The notes: generated from the letters alone by a model not told the origin. A stretch of 64,000 nt of DNA from Leptospiraceae bacterium (GCA_024233865.1 JACKPA010000012.1:128001-192000); one strand, 5' to 3'. Shown: positions 40,205 to 50,385, counted from the first letter of the stretch. Program-made: numbers and translations.

Positions 40205-41260
40205 ATGGCTGATTTTATTCAAAAGAAAATGGAAACAAATGGTATTGTTGGTCTTGTCTGTGGAATTGTAAAAGACGGTGAGCTTGCTTGGAAAAAGGCG
40301 TATGGATATGCAGACTTGGAAAATGAAATAGAAGTGAAAACTGATACGATTTTTTTATTGGCTTCTGTTTCCAAAACGGTCACAGCAACCGCCGCTATGA
40401 TTCTCTATGAAAGGGGCGAAATCGATCTGGAAACGGATATTAACGAATATTTGCCATTTCAGGTTATTCATCCCAAGTATTCCGATATTCCGATTACTGC
40501 AAAAATGTTATTAACTCATACATCAAGTATAAGTGATTCTTCTTACAATGAATTAGAAGATTCGGTTTTGTATGTTCGGGAAGATGAAGAAATGGAATAT
40601 GATTTGGCATCCTTATTAGAAGAATATTTTACGGAAGATGGAGAATTTTACGATCCGGAACTTTGCTTTTCTGACAAAAAACCCGGAATCAAATACGATT
40701 ATTCCAATGTCGGAACCTCTCTTTTGGGTTATCTGGTAGAAGTTATTTCTGAGCAGTCGCTAGAAGACTTTTGTAAAGAGAATATTTTCAAGCCCTTAGG
40801 GATGAAAAATACTTCTTGGTTTTTGAAAAATTTGGATTTGGAAAAGGTCACCCTACCGTATTATGATTCGGAAAATACAAACGGACACTATGAAAGTCCT
40901 GATTATCCGGACGGAATGTTACGTTCCACAGTTGAAGATATGGCAAGGTTTTTAATTATGTTTATCCAAAATGGTGAATACAAAGGCAAACGTATTTTGC
41001 AGGAAAAAACTGCTGAACTCATGAAAGACACTCATTTTGAATACAAAGAAGAAGGGGAAACAAACAGAATCGGCTTGACTTGGTATTACTTGGATTATGG
41101 AGATGATGAAAGCTATCTAGGTCATGCTGGTAGCGAAGAAGGTGTAACAACTAGCATGTTTTATGAAGTAAATTCGGAAGTTGGAGTATTGGTATTTTGT
41201 AACACATCGAACGCAGAAATATCGGAAATCGAAGATTATCTTTTTCAGCTTGAGTTATAG
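40205..41260 (+). CDS. Serine hydrolase of the beta-lactamase / penicillin-binding-protein family
   Basis: LLASVSKTVTA (SxxK) and later Y..N region; ~350 aa. Confidence 0.7.
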   Translation: MADFIQKKMETNGIVGLVCGIVKDGELAWKKAYGYADLENEIEVKTDTIFLLASVSKTVTATAAMILYERGEIDLETDINEYLPFQVIHPKYSDIPITAKMLLTHTSSISDSSYNELEDSVLYVREDEEMEYDLASLLEEYFTEDGEFYDPELCFSDKKPGIKYDYSNVGTSLLGYLVEVISEQSLEDFCKENIFKPLGMKNTSWFLKNLDLEKVTLPYYDSENTNGHYESPDYPDGMLRSTVEDMARFLIMFIQNGEYKGKRILQEKTAELMKDTHFEYKEEGETNRIGLTWYYLDYGDDESYLGHAGSEEGVTTSMFYEVNSEVGVLVFCNTSNAEISEIEDYLFQLEL

Positions 41261-41543
41261 TTTAACTGGCTTGCTTCGCAGAACTTGTTTTCTTTGATTG
41301 TAGTTCGTAGCCATAAAAATTCCATATCTTGGCATTTTCTATCTTCTTCACCATATTTTTTTCCAAGAATCTTTTGGATATAATAAGCATCATCTTTGTC
41401 ATCCTCTAATTCACCTCTCAACAATGGGATTAGTTCTATGAAATATTGAATCAAGGAATCTTTATGTTCATCAATATATTTAACTCTTTCCTATTTTTGC
41501 CGATCAATAGGGAGCTTTTCGGCTAACCAAATGTTTTCATCTT

Positions 41544-41954
41544 TCATCGAAAGTTCTCTTTCTTAAGCCTTTCTAATTCTGATTTAAGTGGAAGTTTGAC
41601 TCCATAGTCATTCATTGCATATTTGATAAGACCTTCTTTAAGCATTATCGAAACTCTTTGTTTGGATACTCCTAAAACATCTGCTATCTCGTTAGAAGGA
41701 ACTAAATCCGAAAGTGTAACTGTAGACGACAGGTATTTAGCTTTATGGTAAGCCATTTCAGCTCGTATTTTGTTCATGGATATTTGTGTGAAAAATCCAT
41801 CTTTGCAATTATTACAGAAATATCCTTTTAGCCCAGCAACTTCAAAAGGTTTGATGTTTTTTGATTTGTAAGTACGTGAAATATCCTTATGGAAAACCAT
41901 ACTTCCTTTTGTTCCACATAGTGGACAGTCTATCCATTTTTTATCTTTTGCCAT
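41544..41954 (-). CDS. mqsA: MqsA-family antitoxin (zinc ribbon + HTH)
   Basis: CPLCG...CNNC zinc ribbon, then an XRE-type HTH (IADVLGVSKQRVSIML). Immediately downstream of the toxin gene, as in mqsRA. Confidence 0.65.
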   Translation of the reverse strand: MAKDKKWIDCPLCGTKGSMVFHKDISRTYKSKNIKPFEVAGLKGYFCNNCKDGFFTQISMNKIRAEMAYHKAKYLSSTVTLSDLVPSNEIADVLGVSKQRVSIMLKEGLIKYAMNDYGVKLPLKSELERLKKENFR

Positions 41955-41955
41955 T

Positions 41956-42264
41956 TTAAAACCTCCTTTTAAAACTTATAACAATCAATAATTTCCCTTC
42001 GTAAATTGTGATTTTTATGTAAGCTTCTACTCCTTTAACTAATTTTCTATACACATCCTGCCAGCCAGATTGCTGTTGCGATTTCATACTCTTATAAAAA
42101 TTGTTTTCTTTCAAAGTCTCGACTTCTTTCATTATCTCGTATTCTTCTAGTTCAAAATCGTCAAAAGCACTTTCTATGGCTGTATCTGTAATATTATAAT
42201 TCCCCTCCGATAAGAGTTTTCTAACTTTTTCTAATTTGTATTTTGGAGTATCCTTTTCTAGCAT
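41956..42264 (-). CDS. mqsR: MqsR-family toxin (putative mRNA interferase)
   Basis: 102 aa; toxin-first gene order with a 1-nt gap to the MqsA-like gene; KLEKVRKLL...YKSM... resembles MqsR. Confidence 0.55.
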   Translation of the reverse strand: MLEKDTPKYKLEKVRKLLSEGNYNITDTAIESAFDDFELEEYEIMKEVETLKENNFYKSMKSQQQSGWQDVYRKLVKGVEAYIKITIYEGKLLIVISFKRRF

Positions 42265-42516
42265 TTATATAGAATTAATTATTATATTGATTAAGTCAAT
42301 ATAATAAACTATCTTTACTAAAAATTTTCTCTTCTATATGCTCAGGAAGAAAAATTGTATTTTGTTACCCGTTTTTGAGAAAAAAAGAGTCCTTAAACAA
42401 GTAGAAAATGATCCAAATTGAGCAAATCTATAAATTGAATATTTCTATAAACGAGTATGATATATCTTGTTATGAAGATTTAGCAAATCATCTATTTGTA
42501 GAAGAGGAATATTAAA

Positions 42517-43182
42517 TCATCCCAAAGAACCTGTAATCATTTCTTGTAACCATCTACGTAAATTTCTCTCGGCTTCCATTTCGTCTATACCACAGGCTTC
42601 TATAAATTCATAAAGCTTATTTTTTTTTACCCAGATAGGAAAAGTGGGACTATTTTCTACTTCAATATATTTTCCATTACGCAACTGATAAATTCGTAGG
42701 ATTTCACCATTATAACGCCACAATTCAGGGACACCCATTGCTGAGTATATGCGGGGTTTGTCCATGTTAGTATGAGTAATATCTACTTCTACAACTATAT
42801 CAGGTGGAGGATCTGTTTTTAAGCTTACTTTCTTTCTGGCAACCTTGGGTTGATTTTGAATGTAATAGCACTTATCAGGTTCGGCACTTTTTTCCAGTTC
42901 GGAATAGCTGAGAGTTGTAGAACCCATTGTTTTGATTTTTAGCCCTAACTCAAATATTAAATTGCGGATAAAAATACCTATTAATTCTGCGTATCTTTCA
43001 TGTTCTTCTGGAGGCATAGTAATTTCTAAAGTACCGCTGTCATAGGTTATTCTGGTAGCACGATTGTCTCCCAAATCCAATACTATTTTTTCATACCTTT
43101 TCCAAGTAATATTGTATAATATTTTACGTTCTTCAGCAGGTATGATGGCAATTTTTGGTTCAAGGGTTGTTGCTACTGTCAA
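42517..43182 (-). CDS. Uma2-family (DUF820) endonuclease
   Basis: PPDIVVEVDIT...K... and GVPELWRY are Uma2 PD-(D/E)xK hallmarks. Confidence 0.65.
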   Translation of the reverse strand: MTVATTLEPKIAIIPAEERKILYNITWKRYEKIVLDLGDNRATRITYDSGTLEITMPPEEHERYAELIGIFIRNLIFELGLKIKTMGSTTLSYSELEKSAEPDKCYYIQNQPKVARKKVSLKTDPPPDIVVEVDITHTNMDKPRIYSAMGVPELWRYNGEILRIYQLRNGKYIEVENSPTFPIWVKKNKLYEFIEACGIDEMEAERNLRRWLQEMITGSLG

Positions 43183-43387
43183 GTTATTTTCTCCGGAAAC
43201 CAGCGTTGCTTTAATTATAGAGATTTCCGAATGAGATATGTCAACAAAATTAAAAAGTTCATGGAATAATCAACCGAATTTGGTTCTTAAACAAGCAGAA
43301 AATTTTTATTGCTACCATTTTATACCAGAATTAGTATGTTTTCAAGAGTTACCTAAAATAATTTGGTTAGGTTAAAATTAAATTTAT

Positions 43388-43597
43388 GTGCTAAAAAATA
43401 TAAGGAAAGTTATGGCATACAATACGTTTACTAATGAAAAAATAATCGAGCAATTCGGATTAACAGTTGTTACTACCGGTTTGGAGTGGAGATTTCTGCA
43501 ACTCGCTGGTAATATTTTATATATACAGCACAAATCTTATGAATTGGAGAACCTCGAAACCATTCTTGGGGTTCTTTATAAAATGGTTACGGAGTAA
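43388..43597 (+). pseudogene. Internally deleted derivative of the HsdR-N-like paralog family (N-terminal MAYNTFT + C-terminal GLEWRF...LETILGVL only)
   Basis: The 69-aa ORF retains only the conserved N- and C-terminal blocks of the paralogs; the catalytic core is absent. Confidence 0.4.
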
Positions 43598-43601
43598 TAG
43601 A

Positions 43602-46600
43602 ATGAAACACATAGTAAAATTTTTTGTCGAAAGACCCATGTTGGCAAATTTGATTATCATTTTTGTATTTGGTGCCGGAATTTTATCTATCTCTAAGATG
43701 AGAAAGGAAGCATTTCCGGAAGTCAATTTGGGGAAAATTGTTATAACCTCCATATACCCAGGTGCTTCGGCAGCTGATGTGGAAATCAACGTTACGGTTC
43801 CTGTTGAAGATGCCGTTAAAGAGTTGGAAGGAATTAAGGAATTAACTTCTTTTTCAAGGGAAGGAATTTCTATTGTAACCGTAACGGCGGACGAAGACCT
43901 TAATGCCTACGGATTGCAAAAATTGTATCGAGACGTTGATAATGCAGTTTCCAATATTTCCGATTTTCCTGCCGGGTTAAAGGGTAAACCGGAAATAGAT
44001 GAAATTTCCTCCGGGGATATGCCCATTTTAGAGCTTGCTTTCTCCGGACCTTACGAAGAGCTAAAAGACTTTTTGCCTAACTTAAAAGATGAGATGACTT
44101 TGTTGGAAGGAGTTTCCAAAGTCAAGGTGGTTGGTTTGGGAGATGAGGAATTGCACATTCTTGTTGATCCCAAAAAGGCAAAAAAAGAATACCTTGATTT
44201 ACTGACCATTGCTCAAGCAATCCGAAAAAGGAATTTAGACGGGAGTGGGGGAACGTTAAAATCTTTCTTAAGTGAGAAAAAAATCGTATCTTATGAAAAA
44301 TTTGACAAACCGGAAGAGATTTTAGAAACAATTGTTAGAATGTCACCTGACGGATACGGTGTGAAACTTCGAGACGTTGCCACTGTGGAATACCACCCGG
44401 AGGACTTGAAACTGAAAGTCCGAAACAACGGAGAATATGGTGCATCTCTTCTCGTTATGAAAAAAACGAATGCGGATATTGTTCGCACTTTAGATGGTAT
44501 TTCCGGATATTTGGATAAAACGCATTTCCCCAAAAATGTAAAGTATAAAAAGCTAAACGATGGTTCCAAACTTACAAGAAACAGAATTAGCTTGGTAATG
44601 GGAAATGCTATTATAGGATTTATTTTGGTTGTTATAGTATTATTTTTAACCTTTGATATAAAAACGGCTATTTGGACTGCTTTTGGTATTCCCTTTTCTT
44701 TGATGGGTTGTATATTTATTTTATATTTGTATGGTATGGCTTTTAATATGTTTCTTTTGGGTGGATTTATCCTTGTGGTAGGGATGCTTGTGGATGATGC
44801 CATTGTTATATCGGAAACAATCAACTCAATGGTGGAAAAAGGGCACAGTTCTGTTGAGGCTGCTTCTCTGGCAGTGGAATCCATGTGGACTCCGGTGCTT
44901 GCTTCTTCCGCAACTACTATGGCAGCATTTTTACCTTTGGTTAGTTTAGGAGGGCTTCCAGGAAAATTTATTTATATCATTCCTTTGATTGTGGTATTGT
45001 CTCTTGCGGTATCTTTGTTTGAGAGCTATTTTATATTGCCAGTTCATTTGGCTCATGCTAAATACAAGAAAAAGGAAAAAAAAGCTTTTATTGAAAAGCT
45101 GGAAAATTCTTATGAGTTTGTACTACAAAAAGTCTTTATCCATAAAAAGAAATTTTTTGTCTTAATCATTTTATTGTTTGTATTGACTGTGTTTGTTGCC
45201 AAAAACTTTCTTAAAAAAGAGCCATTTCCCCAAGAAGGTTCGGAAGGATTTATTATCAATGTGCTTCTTGAAAAAGGCTCTAGCTTAGAAAAAACCGAAT
45301 CCGTAGTTGCAAAAATTGATGAATTTATAAAAAAGCTCCCCTCTGACGAGTTAGACGGGTTTAGCTCTAGAATTGGTACGAATAGCGAATCTGCCCTCAT
45401 GGAAAGAGGAAGCCTTCCTAATACGGCAGTGATTTTTGTATACCTTCATTCATTTGAAAACAGGAAAAGAACAGCCGAACAAATTAGAGAATCTTTGGTT
45501 GCCGAACTGGAAAAAAGTGACGTAAAAAAAGAAGTAAAAAACTTATCCTCTCACATTATAAGGTTTGGACCACCTTTGGGCAGACCATTTGAAATACGTG
45601 TTGTCCATAATAATTCTGCAATTAGAAAAAAGAAAACACAAGAAATCAAAAAGTATCTGTCCGGAATAGAAGGTGTTTATGACATTGATGACGATGATAT
45701 AGAAGGAAAGGATGAGCTGAATTTGCAAATCAATCATAAGTTGCTTGCAAGTACCGGTTTAACTGTAGAAGACGTTTTAAATACTATCGGATTTGCGTTT
45801 GAAGGAAGGTTGATCACAGATTTGGTAACGGTTGATAAAAAACTGGATTTTCGTTTGCGAATGAATGAAAAATCAAGAGCAGATATAAATTTTTTACATA
45901 ATATTCCCATACTAAATCGCACAGGTCAAGAAATTAATTTGAGTCCCATTATTTCCATTAAAGAATCTAAGTCATCCGATGAATTTATGCACCTAAATGG
46001 AAAACGGTATACGGCAGTTTATGGCAACCTGAATAAAGACATCATTTCTCCCAGTCAGATATTGGAGAAAGTTCGCGCTCACTATAAAGACGAAAGAGAA
46101 GTGAAATTAGAATATTCCGGTGAGCCGGTGGAAAACGCCAAAATATTCAGCAATCTTATAGTGGCTTCGATTTTGGCTTTTGTTGCTGTGTACCTGATAA
46201 TAGCGTTAATTTTTAATTCTTACTTGAAGCCATTAATTGTAATTCTTGCGATTCCGTTGGGGATTATTGGAGTAATCTTATCCGTATTTGTCCATGGTAT
46301 GGCTTTGTCTATGTTTGTGGGGGTTGCTCTGATTGGTCTTATGGGAGTTATTGTAAATAATTCCATTGTTATGATCTACACCTCTTCCCAAAATGCCGAA
46401 GATGGAGATTTAACAGATGAGCACATAATCGAAGGAGCAAAAAGTAGGCTCAGACCAATTCTTTTGACAACAACTACAACCATTCTAGGACTTTTACCAA
46501 CGGCTTATGGTTTTGGCGGTTATGATCCTGTCCTTTCTCCCATGAGTTTGGCATTGTCTTATGGTTTACTGTTTGGTACAATTATTGTATTGCTGTTTAT

Positions 46601-46640
46601 TCCGGCAATTTACTCGGTAGGGAAAAAGTATTTAACGTGA
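43602..46640 (+). CDS. RND-superfamily efflux permease (AcrB/AcrD/AcrF family)
   Basis: MKHIVKFFVERPMLANLIII start, two large periplasmic loops, 12 TM helices, ~1010 aa. No adjacent membrane-fusion or outer-membrane partner genes. Confidence 0.85.
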   Translation: MKHIVKFFVERPMLANLIIIFVFGAGILSISKMRKEAFPEVNLGKIVITSIYPGASAADVEINVTVPVEDAVKELEGIKELTSFSREGISIVTVTADEDLNAYGLQKLYRDVDNAVSNISDFPAGLKGKPEIDEISSGDMPILELAFSGPYEELKDFLPNLKDEMTLLEGVSKVKVVGLGDEELHILVDPKKAKKEYLDLLTIAQAIRKRNLDGSGGTLKSFLSEKKIVSYEKFDKPEEILETIVRMSPDGYGVKLRDVATVEYHPEDLKLKVRNNGEYGASLLVMKKTNADIVRTLDGISGYLDKTHFPKNVKYKKLNDGSKLTRNRISLVMGNAIIGFILVVIVLFLTFDIKTAIWTAFGIPFSLMGCIFILYLYGMAFNMFLLGGFILVVGMLVDDAIVISETINSMVEKGHSSVEAASLAVESMWTPVLASSATTMAAFLPLVSLGGLPGKFIYIIPLIVVLSLAVSLFESYFILPVHLAHAKYKKKEKKAFIEKLENSYEFVLQKVFIHKKKFFVLIILLFVLTVFVAKNFLKKEPFPQEGSEGFIINVLLEKGSSLEKTESVVAKIDEFIKKLPSDELDGFSSRIGTNSESALMERGSLPNTAVIFVYLHSFENRKRTAEQIRESLVAELEKSDVKKEVKNLSSHIIRFGPPLGRPFEIRVVHNNSAIRKKKTQEIKKYLSGIEGVYDIDDDDIEGKDELNLQINHKLLASTGLTVEDVLNTIGFAFEGRLITDLVTVDKKLDFRLRMNEKSRADINFLHNIPILNRTGQEINLSPIISIKESKSSDEFMHLNGKRYTAVYGNLNKDIISPSQILEKVRAHYKDEREVKLEYSGEPVENAKIFSNLIVASILAFVAVYLIIALIFNSYLKPLIVILAIPLGIIGVILSVFVHGMALSMFVGVALIGLMGVIVNNSIVMIYTSSQNAEDGDLTDEHIIEGAKSRLRPILLTTTTTILGLLPTAYGFGGYDPVLSPMSLALSYGLLFGTIIVLLFIPAIYSVGKKYLT

Positions 46641-47085
46641 GGTTTGATTTTAATGCTATAGGCAAAATTTGATGAAAGTTATCCGATATTAAGCTACAGA
46701 AGACCTCGTTATCGCTCAATCCCTAATTTTTTATAGACTTGTTAGGCAGGAATTGGTTTTCTACCTTCGAGTCTCTTTTTTTGTATTTCTAAAAGATTTT
46801 GTTTAATTAAATTCTTCTTTTAATTCCAATCCTTCGTCAAGGTCAGATAGAAACTCTTCTAATGTTTCCGCTACTGTTTTTAAAAGCTATTCTGAAAGTA
46901 ATTTATAAAAACAAATTCAACAAATTATTATTTCCTTTTTAGGTAACTTTCTACATATTTTGATTAATTGTATTTAAAATAAATTATTTAACAATAAAAT
47001 TCCTTTATGAATATTTAATTAAATCTTGTATTTTTTTATTTTCCTTGCAAGATGGTAATTAGTAAGGTAAATTAGGAGAACTATA

Positions 47086-48015
47086 ATGAAAAAGCTAGGA
47101 CTATTATTTTCAGTTTTAGCGCTGACATTAACGATGTCAGCCACAGGAATTTCGGCAGGAGCATTAAGCGGTCAATGCTACGTTTTGGTCCATGGAATAT
47201 TGGGCTTTGATGATACAAACGGACTTGCAAATGGTCTTGTTAAATATTGGGGTGGATTAGACGGATACCTCAGAGGTCAAGGAGCTAAAGTTGCTACACC
47301 AGGAAGTTCGGCTGCCAATGACTTGGCTACAAGAGCAGGTCAGATTAAGAGCTTTTTGGAAGGAACTTCAAGCAATCCAGGCTGGAGAATTACCAATGGT
47401 TGTGCTAAAGTGCATCTAATTGGTCACTCTCAAGGTGGTCTAGTTTCCCGATATTTGGTAAAAAACCTAAGTTATTCAAGCAAAGTTGCTTCCGTAACTT
47501 CGGTAAATACTCCTCATAAAGGAAGCCCTGTTGCTGATGTTGTTTTGGCTGTGATTCCTAGTTGGTTGCAACCGTTTGTGAATGTTGTTCTTAGCACATT
47601 TGCAACAATAATGTATCGTGATGGTCGTCCGCAAGACGTAGTTGCAATGGGAAAATCGTTAACGGTTTCGTATTGTAACACTTTTAATTCCAGTACACCA
47701 AACGTGTCTGGAATTAGCTATTACTCTTATGGATCAACAATGGCTTGGGCTGACCTAATCCAACATCCACTTATGGGTATTACCTACCCTGCAACATGGG
47801 CAGGTGGATTGGCTTATGGACAAGGTTCTGCAAATGATGGTATTGTTCCTGAATCTTCCCAAAAGTGGGGAACATGGAAAGGTGGACCAAGCACATATTG
47901 GTATGCCACAGGGATAGATCATTTAGAAGCAACCAATTTTGAGTGGTGGGGACAAAACTACTACGATGTTAATGGCTATTACTTAAAAATAGCTAAAAAC
48001 GCTGCAGGTCTGTAG
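47086..48015 (+). CDS. Secreted triacylglycerol lipase (alpha/beta hydrolase, bacterial lipase family I-like), copy A
   Basis: Signal peptide, YVLVHGILGF (oxyanion), IGHSQGG (GxSxG), 309 aa. Confidence 0.7.
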   Translation: MKKLGLLFSVLALTLTMSATGISAGALSGQCYVLVHGILGFDDTNGLANGLVKYWGGLDGYLRGQGAKVATPGSSAANDLATRAGQIKSFLEGTSSNPGWRITNGCAKVHLIGHSQGGLVSRYLVKNLSYSSKVASVTSVNTPHKGSPVADVVLAVIPSWLQPFVNVVLSTFATIMYRDGRPQDVVAMGKSLTVSYCNTFNSSTPNVSGISYYSYGSTMAWADLIQHPLMGITYPATWAGGLAYGQGSANDGIVPESSQKWGTWKGGPSTYWYATGIDHLEATNFEWWGQNYYDVNGYYLKIAKNAAGL

Positions 48016-48037
48016 TAAGGAGTACCCTCCAATTTAT

Positions 48038-48068
48038 TTAACCGGGAGCGAAAACTCCCGGTTTTGAA
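48038..48068 (+). terminator. Rho-independent terminator
   Basis: ccgggag-cgaaaa-ctcccgg hairpin followed by TTTT. Confidence 0.6.
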
Positions 48069-48331
48069 TCTAATTTTGCAAAAGTACGTCTTATGTCCCA
48101 TGGTTTTTTTTAAAAACTTTTAGTTCGAAATTTTAGGATACAAAAAAAGAAAGAAAACAAATTCAACAAATTCTTATTTCCATTTTAGGAAACTTTCGAC
48201 CTATCTTGATTAAGTGTTTTGGAAATAAATTACTTAACAAAAACTTTCCTTATAAATATTTAATTAATTCTTGTATTTTTTTTATTTTTTTAGTCCTATG
48301 GTAATTAGTAAGGTAAATTAGGAGAACTATA

Positions 48332-49261
48332 ATGAAAAAGCTAGGACTATTATTTTCAGTTTTAGCGCTGACATTAACGATGTCAGCCACAGGAATTTCG
48401 GCAGGAGCATTAAGCGGTCAATGCTACGTTTTGGTCCATGGAATATTGGGCTTTGATGATACACACGGACTCGCAGGTGGTCTTGTTAAATATTGGGGCG
48501 GATTAGACGGATACCTCAGAGGTCAAGGAGCTAAAGTTGCTACACCAGGAAGTTCGGCTGCCAATGACTTGGCTACTAGAGCAGGTCAGATTAAGAGCTT
48601 TTTGGAAGGAACTTCAAGCAATCCAGGCTGGAGAATTACCAATGGTTGTGCTAAAGTGCATCTAATTGGTCACTCTCAAGGTGGTCTTGTTTCCCGATAT
48701 TTGGTAAAAAACCTAAGTTATTCAAGCAAAGTTGCTTCCGTAACTTCGGTGAATACGCCTCATGTAGGAAGTCCTGTTGCTGATGTTGTTTTGGGTGTTA
48801 TTCCTAGTTGGTTGCAACCATTTGTGAATGTTGTTCTTAGCACATTTGCAACAATAATGTATCGTGATGGTCGTCCGCAAGACGTAGTTGCAATGGGAAA
48901 ATCGTTAACGGTTTCCTATTGTAAAGCTTTTAATAAGAGTGCACCAAATGTATCCGGACTTAAATACTACTCTTACGGATCAAATATGGCTTGGGCTGAC
49001 CTAATCCAACATCCACTTATGGGTCTTACCTACCCTGCAACATGGGCAGGTGGATTGTTTTACGGACAAGGTTCGGCAAATGATGGTATCGTTCCATTGT
49101 CTTCCCAAAAATGGGGAACATGGAAAGGTGGACCAAGCACATATTGGTATGCCACAGGGATAGATCATTTAGAAGCAACCAATTTTGAGTGGTGGGGACA
49201 AAACTACTACGATGTTAATGGCTATTACTTAAAAATAGCTAAAAACGCTGCAGGTCTGTAG
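48332..49261 (+). CDS. Secreted triacylglycerol lipase, copy B (tandem duplicate)
   Basis: 309 aa, >90% identical to copy A, including ~190 bp of upstream sequence. Confidence 0.7.
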   Translation: MKKLGLLFSVLALTLTMSATGISAGALSGQCYVLVHGILGFDDTHGLAGGLVKYWGGLDGYLRGQGAKVATPGSSAANDLATRAGQIKSFLEGTSSNPGWRITNGCAKVHLIGHSQGGLVSRYLVKNLSYSSKVASVTSVNTPHVGSPVADVVLGVIPSWLQPFVNVVLSTFATIMYRDGRPQDVVAMGKSLTVSYCKAFNKSAPNVSGLKYYSYGSNMAWADLIQHPLMGLTYPATWAGGLFYGQGSANDGIVPLSSQKWGTWKGGPSTYWYATGIDHLEATNFEWWGQNYYDVNGYYLKIAKNAAGL

Positions 49262-49282
49262 TAGGAGAGTATCCTCCAATTT

Positions 49283-49314
49283 AATTAGCCGGGAGTTAAT
49301 TCTCCCGGTTTTAA
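49283..49314 (+). terminator. Rho-independent terminator
   Basis: ccgggag-ttaatt-ctcccgg hairpin followed by TTTT. Confidence 0.6.
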
Positions 49315-49338
49315 AAAATTTTAATTTTGTAAAAATAT

Positions 49339-50385
49339 ATGAATAAAAAAATAATTATTATATTTACTTTGTCTTTTTTATTGATACTGCTTTTTTTGCT
49401 TTATAAGGGTGGAACAGATTCTTCCAAAAAAGTTGTAAAAGCAAATATTACCGAGGATGGAAAACCGGTTAGCAATTTTAGGGAAAATGAGTTTCCTTTT
49501 ATGCCAATGGCACTTTATCCGCACCAGGAGTATGAATCTATGCTCAACAGTACTGATTTTATTAATTATGATGAGTTTATGGAAGGGATAAAGACGGGAA
49601 AACGTAACTTCGTTTGGGAAATCTGGGCTTTACGAGAAAAATGTCCTGCAGATTATACGTTGGATCATTGCAACCACCATATACTAGGGATTATTGAACA
49701 AAACTACTCTTCCCCTATAAAAGAGGAATTAAAAAGGATTTTTACAGCATATTTCAAGTATGAGCTAAATATAAGAGAAACCGGTATTGGTAAATCGCAA
49801 GGTGAATTTACCGAAAGGTATCAAGACCTTAAGAAAATAAGGCGAGAGTTTTTTAGTGACGAAGATGCCAATTTGGTTTTTGGAATGGAAGAAGCCCAAA
49901 TTGAATTTATGGAAGCAGCTGCCAATTTTGCAAAAGAATCGGAAAAGCTAACGGGAGCGGAGAAGGTTAAAAAATACGAAACTCTAAAAAAGCAAATCTA
50001 TGGTGCTTATTATGACGCTATGGTAGAAAGAGAAGACAAATACCAAAACTACCAAACAGAGTTGAATTTTAAGGAAGAAGATTTCAAAAACCTTTCTGAA
50101 ACCGAAAAGACACAAGCATTGCGATCCATCCAAGAAAAGCACTTTGGAAAAGAGGAAGTAGAGAGGATGCTGGCGGAAGCCAAAAAAGAAGAAGACCTTC
50201 GGTTGGAGCAGGAAAACAAGATTAAAGAATACGAATCCAAAGAAAAAGAATTTTTATCCGATAACGAGAACCTTTCTCCGGAAGAAAGGGATAAAAAGCT
50301 TTCAGAACTTAGAGAAAGTATATTGGGAAAAGAAGAAGCTGAAAGCTATATTAATCGGAAAAATATAGAAAATATTTCCAAATAA
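49339..50385 (+). CDS. Putative lipase-specific foldase (Lif-like), membrane-anchored
   Basis: N-terminal TM anchor then an all-helical charged domain, sited directly downstream of the lipase genes as in lipA-lif operons. Sequence similarity to Lif could not be verified by eye. Confidence 0.4.
   Translation: MNKKIIIIFTLSFLLILLFLLYKGGTDSSKKVVKANITEDGKPVSNFRENEFPFMPMALYPHQEYESMLNSTDFINYDEFMEGIKTGKRNFVWEIWALREKCPADYTLDHCNHHILGIIEQNYSSPIKEELKRIFTAYFKYELNIRETGIGKSQGEFTERYQDLKKIRREFFSDEDANLVFGMEEAQIEFMEAAANFAKESEKLTGAEKVKKYETLKKQIYGAYYDAMVEREDKYQNYQTELNFKEEDFKNLSETEKTQALRSIQEKHFGKEEVERMLAEAKKEEDLRLEQENKIKEYESKEKEFLSDNENLSPEERDKKLSELRESILGKEEAESYINRKNIENISK

Noticed and set aside
43467-43601. Upstream extension of the RND permease ORF starting at 43467
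   Set aside because: The extension has no homology to AcrB N-termini and overlaps the paralog-fragment ORF. The conserved MKHIVKFF...RPM start, with a proper upstream spacer, is at 43602.
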